Assembly: GCA_045805065.1 (NCBI GenBank)
Contig: JBJMMA010000181.1
Coordinates: forward strand, 1-32,772
From: Bdellovibrionia bacterium
GTDB taxonomy: Bacteria; Bdellovibrionota; UBA1018
DNA: 32,772 nt
Reading direction: 5' to 3'
The position numbers and the translations under genes are program-made. Positions 26,642 to 32,772 of this stretch are shown here, piece by piece (within the stretch, counting starts at the first letter, position 1; the number at the start of each line of letters is the position of its first letter). The notes under the pieces are model-generated. The model did no database searches. It worked only from the letters and a program-made list of their open reading frames with translations, and was not told the DNA's origin.

Positions 26642-28376
26642 CGATCCACCAATGTCCTGAAGAGTCCACAAGATCCACCCGGCTCGGGCGTGAACCATTT
26701 GCACACTGTTTGAGGACTTGCTCGATTTCCGTGAATTTTTGAAGCTTTTCAGCCGGAATGGCTGGATCCGCTTCAAAGACAAAGTAATCCGGGCAAAACC
26801 CCCCAATGGCCTTGAGATTAGGCCAATCGGCTGCTTTGCGCCTGGAAGCAAGCCAAGGGCCTGCTCCATTTTGAGTCATCACGACGGCATCCTGTGGGAT
26901 GCGGTTCATCTTCTCAATGAGAGCCGTATTTCGATAAGCTGCCAGCGCGGACGGAGTCAAATCTCTCCATGGCTCTGACCAGAAACAGAACCAAGAAACT
27001 AAAATAAGCACAAAAGCCCAACGCTGAGCCAAGCGTGCTCGAAGCGAGAAGAGCGCAAAAAGAGTCAAAACCCCCAAGACTGGTACAAACTCAAAAAAGT
27101 AATGAAGCCCTGGATCTCTTAAAGTGTCATGAGTCGCAAGCAGTCCTGATCCAATCGGTGGCAAGAGTCCGATTGCAATCGCCCAGCTCCAACGTGAAAC
27201 GCTCTGAGTGCCTGGCTCCTTCATGAGCCGATAAGAAAGGATAGAAAGTGGCAAAAGCCCTAATGGGAAAACGATCTGAAGAAGATATTTGAAGTCCTGC
27301 TTCAGCGGCATTCCCTGCACCGCGGTGATGGGATGAAAAATGAGCGTCTGGATCATCGATTTGAGATCAGAGCCCAGGTATCCATAGTAGCGGGTAAAGT
27401 AATTTTTCCCCGGATCGCGGTTGGATTGAGCGTACCAGACAAAAACTGCAAGGCAGCTTACGGTGAGAGCCGTAAAAACCGCTTTTCTGCCAAAGCGCTT
27501 TTCCGCGAGCACCAGCCCCATGGACGCAAACGCGATCACCAGCAGATAACTCTCTTTGGAAATCGCGGCGAGCACTAAAAGAATGAGGGCCCCAAGAAAG
27601 CCCATCACCCCTTTCATTCCATTTTCCTTGGAGTGAACAAAGTAGACGCACAGACCCCACGAAAAGAAGGCAGCTCCTGCCAGGTTCTCGTGAAGCCCCC
27701 AATGCAAGTTGCCGTAAAAAGTCTCAAAACCAAAGGCGGCAAGAATTAAAGCAGATGCCACCCAAGCGCGGCGATGCAACGACGTAGCCGGAAATTTCTC
27801 AGCGAGATACCACCACGCTGAAAATACGGATGCAAGCAAGGCGCCGGCAAGAAAACCCGGCGCAGCTCCCAAAGTCCAAGGACTCAGAGCAGCCAAGCGA
27901 TAGAGTGGCGTAAAAACCGAGAGGGATAAAACAAAGTGATCGCGCAGGAATTGTTCTGCTTCGCTGATGGAACTTAAAAATCCGTTTCCCTGAGAGACAT
28001 TCCAAAGAAGCTGATGAAAGATGCCGACATCAAAAAGCGGATACTCAAGCGCTAACGCTTTGAGGGTCCCCTTTGCGATCAACAGAAATACAAATGAGAA
28101 ACCTAAGGTACGTCTCAGCTTGGGTCGCAAAACGAGGGCGCTGAAGATTTTTCTGAATAATCTGACAAAGAAGAGTTTGCGACGAGCCTGAGCCGCAAAC
28201 AAGCAACAGCCAATCACGAGCGCAAGAAAGATTCTTCGAACGTCAGCTGGATGCGCGATGTGGAAAAGCCACACGCCAAAAAGCCCGCCTGAGAGGAAAT
28301 CCACGCCCCTGAGCCAGAATGGCCAGACTGAAGTGGCGCGCTGATCACGCTTGTGCTCAGTCAGCGCCAGCGACAT
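26622..28376 (-). CDS. Polytopic membrane protein, DUF2079/GT-C-fold glycosyltransferase-like
   Basis: FDVGIFHQLLWNVSQG...FLRDHF, LHEN, SKE, RYYGYLG, LHYF and many TM helices. It abuts the ugd stop. Confidence 0.7.
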   Translation of the reverse strand: MSLALTEHKRDQRATSVWPFWLRGVDFLSGGLFGVWLFHIAHPADVRRIFLALVIGCCLFAAQARRKLFFVRLFRKIFSALVLRPKLRRTLGFSFVFLLIAKGTLKALALEYPLFDVGIFHQLLWNVSQGNGFLSSISEAEQFLRDHFVLSLSVFTPLYRLAALSPWTLGAAPGFLAGALLASVFSAWWYLAEKFPATSLHRRAWVASALILAAFGFETFYGNLHWGLHENLAGAAFFSWGLCVYFVHSKENGMKGVMGFLGALILLVLAAISKESYLLVIAFASMGLVLAEKRFGRKAVFTALTVSCLAVFVWYAQSNRDPGKNYFTRYYGYLGSDLKSMIQTLIFHPITAVQGMPLKQDFKYLLQIVFPLGLLPLSILSYRLMKEPGTQSVSRWSWAIAIGLLPPIGSGLLATHDTLRDPGLHYFFEFVPVLGVLTLFALFSLRARLAQRWAFVLILVSWFCFWSEPWRDLTPSALAAYRNTALIEKMNRIPQDAVVMTQNGAGPWLASRRKAADWPNLKAIGGFCPDYFVFEADPAIPAEKLQKFTEIEQVLKQCANGSRPSRVDLVDSSGHWWIVKRRDG

Positions 28377-29678
28377 TCAGCCTCGGCCGATTCCGTAATA
28401 AGTGAAACCTTGCTTACGGAGCTGCTCAGGATTGTAAACGTTGCGACCATCAAAGATCACAGGGGACTTGAGCTCTTTTTTGATCTGCTCAAAGTCCGGA
28501 TGACGGAACTCGTTCCACTCCGTCACAAGCACCAAAGCGTCAGCGTTCTCAGTGACTTCATAAGCGGATGAGCAATAGGTCACCTTCTCGCCAATGATTT
28601 TGCGAGCGTTTTCAGTGGCCACTGGATCAAAGGCGCGAACGGTTGCGCCTGCTTTCATGAGCTCGTCGATGATCGTAATCGCAGGAGCTTCCCGCATGTC
28701 ATCGGTATTAGGCTTGAATGCCAAGCCCCAGAGACCAAACACACGACCTTTAAGATCGTTTCCAAAGTGCTTCTTGATGCGAGTCACGAGATGTTTCTTT
28801 TGGCGAGCGTTCGCCTCTTCTGCAGCCGTGATGATGCCCATCGGCGTGCCATTCTTCTCGCCCGTAGACATGAGTGCTTGCACGTCTTTTGGAAAACATG
28901 AGCCGCCATAGCCCACGCCCGCGTACAAGAAGTGCTTTCCGATGCGAACATCAGTCGTCATACCTTTGCGAACCTGCTCGATATCTCCACCGACTTTTTC
29001 GCAAAGAATCGAGAGCTCGTTCATGAAGCTGATGCGAGTGGCAAGAAACGAGTTACAAGCGTATTTGGTCATCTCAGCTGAGATGGCATCCATCCAGAGA
29101 ATCGGATTGCCCTGACGAACAAATGGCGAATAGAGATCAGCCATCTTGTTATAGCATTCTTCTTTATCCGTTCCGATGACCACACGGTCTGGACGAAGAA
29201 AATCATCGACAGCGGTGCCTTCTTTTAAGAACTCAGGATTGCTCACGACATCAAAGTCATGACGGGTGTGCGGGGCCATCCACTCGCCCACGACTTTATG
29301 CGAGCCAATCGGCACGGTGGACTTGTTCACAATCAGGCGATAGCCCGTCATGGCGCGCGCGACTTCTTCGGCTGCAGCCTTCAAGTATTTCAGATCCGGC
29401 TCACCGTTTGGAAGCGGAGGCGTTCCTACGGCCATGAAAACAATCTCGCTTGCGGCTACGGCATCGGCCGTGGAGGTCGTGAAAATGAGGCGCTTTTCAG
29501 CAGCACCACGACGAACCAGCGTCTCAAGGCCCGGCTCAAAGATGGGGATCTCGCCGCGCATCAAGGCTTCGATCTTGGATGGATCCTTGTCCACGCAGTA
29601 TACGGTGTTTCCCGTATCCGCAAAACATGCGCCTGCGACTAAACCCACGTACCCAGTGCCAATAACAGCGATTTTCAT
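28377..29678 (-). CDS. ugd: UDP-glucose 6-dehydrogenase
   Basis: IGTGYVGL, NKSTVP, SNPEFLKEG, GYGGSCFPKD, GLAFKPNTDDMREAP, IFDGRN. Confidence 0.95.
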   Translation of the reverse strand: MKIAVIGTGYVGLVAGACFADTGNTVYCVDKDPSKIEALMRGEIPIFEPGLETLVRRGAAEKRLIFTTSTADAVAASEIVFMAVGTPPLPNGEPDLKYLKAAAEEVARAMTGYRLIVNKSTVPIGSHKVVGEWMAPHTRHDFDVVSNPEFLKEGTAVDDFLRPDRVVIGTDKEECYNKMADLYSPFVRQGNPILWMDAISAEMTKYACNSFLATRISFMNELSILCEKVGGDIEQVRKGMTTDVRIGKHFLYAGVGYGGSCFPKDVQALMSTGEKNGTPMGIITAAEEANARQKKHLVTRIKKHFGNDLKGRVFGLWGLAFKPNTDDMREAPAITIIDELMKAGATVRAFDPVATENARKIIGEKVTYCSSAYEVTENADALVLVTEWNEFRHPDFEQIKKELKSPVIFDGRNVYNPEQLRKQGFTYYGIGRG

Positions 29679-29758
29679 ATGTATGCTTTTTTTCCCAAAT
29701 CCCGAGGGCTTATGCTAGCTTTTTCTGCACATCTGACTCAATTGTAATATGGAACCCA

Positions 29759-30571
29759 ATGGATTTTAACGCACAACGGCCGACCATGCCGCCCATTACT
29801 GTGACAATCATCACCCTCAATGAGCGGGACAACATCACTCGCGCCATTGAGAGCGTGAAATGGGCAGATGAAATCATCGTCGTCGACTCCGGAAGCACGG
29901 ACGGTACCGTTGAGATCGCTCAAAAGCTCGGCGCACGCGTCGTCCATAATCCTTGGCCAGGCTACGGCAAACAAAAGAACTTTGCTCAATCACTCGCCAC
30001 TCACGACTGGATTCTCAATGTCGATGGCGATGAGATGGTGCCTGAAGATTTGAAACAACAAATTCAAAAAGCCCTCGCGGAAGTTGCTGCAGGGAAATCG
30101 CCCTACAAGGGGTTTCGCTTTCCAAGAAAGAACTTCTATCTCGGCCGATGGATTGCGCATGGGGGCTGGTATCCCAACTATCTTGTTCGACTGGCCCATA
30201 AGAAGCACGCCTCTTGGAGCGAGCCTCACGTTCATGAAGCCCTCGTGGTCCAGGGTGAAGTCGGAACGCTCGATCAGCCGCTTCATAATTACTCGTTTCC
30301 TTCAATTCAGGATCAGGTGCTCACCAATCTTCGTTTTTCAAAACTTGGATGTGAAGATTTGCGCCGCAAAGGAAAAGAAGCAAGCGTGCTGAAGCTTCTC
30401 CTCAAGCCGATCGGGAAATTCATCGAGACATACTTTTTAAAACGTGGTTTTCTGGACGGGCTTCCAGGCTTTATTATTTCCGTTAATGCCGCACATAGCA
30501 TGTTCTTGAAATACGCTTATCTGTGCGAAGCCAAGATCCTCAGCGAGGAATGTCCTGAGAGGATAAAATGA
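29759..30571 (+). CDS. Glycosyltransferase family 2 (WaaE/KdtX-like)
   Basis: TIITLNE, VDSGSTDGT, QKNFA, VDGDE, VHE, GFLDGLPG. Start is 29759 or 29786. Confidence 0.9.
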   Translation: MDFNAQRPTMPPITVTIITLNERDNITRAIESVKWADEIIVVDSGSTDGTVEIAQKLGARVVHNPWPGYGKQKNFAQSLATHDWILNVDGDEMVPEDLKQQIQKALAEVAAGKSPYKGFRFPRKNFYLGRWIAHGGWYPNYLVRLAHKKHASWSEPHVHEALVVQGEVGTLDQPLHNYSFPSIQDQVLTNLRFSKLGCEDLRRKGKEASVLKLLLKPIGKFIETYFLKRGFLDGLPGFIISVNAAHSMFLKYAYLCEAKILSEECPERIK

Positions 30572-31251
30572 AAGTACTGATCATCGATAACACCATTGAT
30601 CCAATCAGCTGGGGCTCTTACGAGCTTGTGAAGTACGGAAAGCTTGCTCCAGGTGCGACTCTTCATGTGAGACGAGCACCTCATGATGATTTGCCTGAAA
30701 GCCCTGCTGGATGGGATCGCATCATTGTTTCAGGATCAAGAACTTCGGCCATGGAAGACGCTCCCTGGATTGAGCGCCTGCTTGAATTCATTCGCAGAGC
30801 GGTTGATATGAAAAAACCGTATCTGGGTGTTTGCTATGGTCACCAGTCGCTTGTTCGCGCGTTGGGTGGGAAAGAACGTGTGCGCCTGGCGGATCGCAAT
30901 GAGCATGGCTGGTCCAAGATTCGCTTACTGGAAGACTCTGCATTGACTCAAGGCCTGAGTCAGGAGTTTTACTCTTACTCCTCGCATTACGATGAAGTCT
31001 CCTCTCTCCCTCAGGGGATGAGAAAGCTTGCTTCGTCTGAAGACTGCGAGATCCAGGCTTGTCAGCTTGATAAGCTGCCGATTTTTGGAATTCAGTTCCA
31101 TCCTGAGAAGACTGCTGAAGACGCAAAGAAATCGCTCGGTGAGCACAAGAAAAACGGAAAGCCTAAATACCTTTTGCACCCGAACGATACCGATAAGCTC
31201 TATCGACCAGAAATCGGCGAAACCATTTTTGGAAATTTCTTCAAACTATGA
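30568..31251 (+). CDS. Class I glutamine amidotransferase (stand-alone, GuaA-N-like)
   Basis: VSGS, GVCYGHQ nucleophile elbow, QFHPE catalytic His-Glu. ATGA overlaps at both ends. Confidence 0.85.
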   Translation: MKVLIIDNTIDPISWGSYELVKYGKLAPGATLHVRRAPHDDLPESPAGWDRIIVSGSRTSAMEDAPWIERLLEFIRRAVDMKKPYLGVCYGHQSLVRALGGKERVRLADRNEHGWSKIRLLEDSALTQGLSQEFYSYSSHYDEVSSLPQGMRKLASSEDCEIQACQLDKLPIFGIQFHPEKTAEDAKKSLGEHKKNGKPKYLLHPNDTDKLYRPEIGETIFGNFFKL

Positions 31252-32264
31252 AGCATCTCAAGACTCTTGCTAAAACCCTTTTTGTTTTCGGCCTTCTTTA
31301 TTTTCTGACGCAAAAAGGCTTCATTTCCGTACAAGACACAAAGCGGGCTTTTGACTCCTGGCCCATGCTACTGCTTGTGTTCTTCGTGCTGGGCATCCAA
31401 GTCATCTTTGGGGCGCTTCGGTGGCAATGGCTGCTTCAGGCTCAAAGCATTGAGCTGAAACTCTTGCGCGTCCTTGAACTCACTGCAGTTGGAAACTTTT
31501 TCAACATCGCGCTTCCCGGCGCCGTGAGTGGTGACTTCATCAAAGCTTTCTACATTGGAAAAGACATCCCAGGCCAACGCGCACGCGCATTTGGCGGAAT
31601 TCTCTTTGACCGCGTCGCAGGGCTATCGGCTCTTGTTTTGATTGGCGCCGGAGCGATGATTCTGGGATATGAGTCCAACCCAGATGGTGCAAACGCGCAC
31701 ATGCTTCAAGTGCTTCGTCCTTTGATGCTTCTTGCGGCTGCTTGTACGATTGTCTTTTACGCCTATCTCTTTTTAGTCAAAGAAACCTGGGATCCGGTTC
31801 TCATTCTGATCCGTAAGCTAGAAAAAGCGCTTCCTGCAAAACTTGGAAAAGCCGTGAGCTCGATTGGCAGAATCTACGAAGGCCTTCGCCACTATCACAA
31901 TCATCGCTTGACGGTGATCAAAGCGCTTTCCATCTCGCTCGTCGTGCACATGTGCGTGGGCTGGGCATTTTTGGAATTTGCTTATGCCTTTGGCGCCGAT
32001 CATTTGTCACTGCTTTCGGTCTATACGATTTTTCCTCTGGGACTTCTCGTGACGGCTGTGCCTGTGGCACCAGCAGGTCTTGGAACTGGGCATGCTGCCT
32101 TCCATTATCTCTTTAATCTGATCGGCTGTGCACGTGGGGCGGATATCTTTACGCTCTATGCGCTCTCTCAGCTTTTTTATGGCTTTGTTGGCGGGATCGT
32201 TTATCTGCGCTTCAAAGGGCAGCTGCAACCAGTTTCAAGCCCGCAGACTTCGGCGGCAAACTAG
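31248..32264 (+). CDS. Lysylphosphatidylglycerol-synthase-TM / UPF0104 flippase-like membrane protein
   Basis: RWQWLL, GNFFNIALPGAVSGDFIK, FDRVAG, VPVAPAGLG. Confidence 0.85.
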   Translation: MKHLKTLAKTLFVFGLLYFLTQKGFISVQDTKRAFDSWPMLLLVFFVLGIQVIFGALRWQWLLQAQSIELKLLRVLELTAVGNFFNIALPGAVSGDFIKAFYIGKDIPGQRARAFGGILFDRVAGLSALVLIGAGAMILGYESNPDGANAHMLQVLRPLMLLAAACTIVFYAYLFLVKETWDPVLILIRKLEKALPAKLGKAVSSIGRIYEGLRHYHNHRLTVIKALSISLVVHMCVGWAFLEFAYAFGADHLSLLSVYTIFPLGLLVTAVPVAPAGLGTGHAAFHYLFNLIGCARGADIFTLYALSQLFYGFVGGIVYLRFKGQLQPVSSPQTSAAN

Positions 32265-32307
32265 AACTTATTCAGCCCGAACATGGCCAGTGTCCATACA
32301 GACACAT

Positions 32308-32336
32308 TTGCGCCCGCGTCGCTGACTCAATATAAT
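32308..32336 (+). promoter_or_regulatory. sigma70-type promoter, probably leaderless
   Basis: TTGCGC (32308-32313), 17 bp spacer, TATAAT (32331-32336), with ATG 32343 six nt downstream. Confidence 0.55.
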
Positions 32337-32342
32337 TAGCTT

Positions 32343-32772
32343 ATGAATATTGGGTCTCTCGTTGGCAGCCACGATGTAATCACTTTCCATCCAAAATCCA
32401 TCAGCCATTAAAGCATTTCTTGAGATTCAGGGCGCACATGCTCCTCAATACAGAATCGAATTTTCAGATGATGGGATATTGAGCTTCATTCAGTCCCTGG
32501 AAAAGCCTTCTCTCCCTGGAATTGATCCCGTCAAAACAACTCCAAATGAGCTGATGCGTGATCATTTTAAATATTATCTCAAAAACATCCATCGTGTCGC
32601 AGCCACCTCCACTTATATTATGGCTATGGTTCTGCTTGTTTTTGCAATGGGCACGCTGAAGGATTGGCTTCTTAGGAACGTTGAACAGAACCACTGGTTA
32701 AGCTGGGGAAGCTGTGACTTGGCCTGCGCAAAATATGCTGCCAAGATTCACTTTTCAGTTTTCCTGGTCGGA
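32343..32772 (+). CDS. Hypothetical membrane protein running off the window, possibly frameshifted near its 5' end
   Basis: Frame 32380-32772 is open for 131 codons and includes the TM-like segment TYIMAMVLLVFAMG. ATG 32343 is in another frame that stops after 22 codons. Confidence 0.4.

Noticed and set aside
32464..32694. 76-aa minus-strand ORF
   Set aside because: The longer open plus-strand frame with an upstream promoter is the better candidate.

Overview
Bacterial chromosomal window. Gene content and order suggest a Bdellovibrionota/Oligoflexia-like or deltaproteobacterial-type organism (inference). Order: 5'-truncated WcaJ-type priming glycosyltransferase, then an LptF-type permease, then a ~700 bp intergenic region, then RodZ-like, TPR pilotin-like and RlmD-like genes (minus strand), then lepA. 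An ~8.7 kb accessory block follows (GNAT, signal-peptide HD protein with a divergent Xre regulator, two tandem secreted heparinase II/III-like lyases, a secreted hypothetical). After it come a lepB homolog lacking its catalytic Ser, pyrB-pyrC-carA, a conserved hypothetical, an Asr-like small protein, and an LPS/surface-glycan cluster (GT9, four GT2, acyltransferase, GT-C-like DUF2079-type protein, ugd, GATase, flippase-like protein). The most unusual signal is at 2389-2833. Two oppositely oriented giant hairpins have unrelated 36-37 bp perfect stems but share a homologous 48-nt three-way-junction cap with compensatory base changes and GGA loops. A cluster of perfect DnaA boxes around an AT-rich tract (2964-3072) follows them. 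No rRNA, tRNA, CRISPR array, transposase or integrase was seen.
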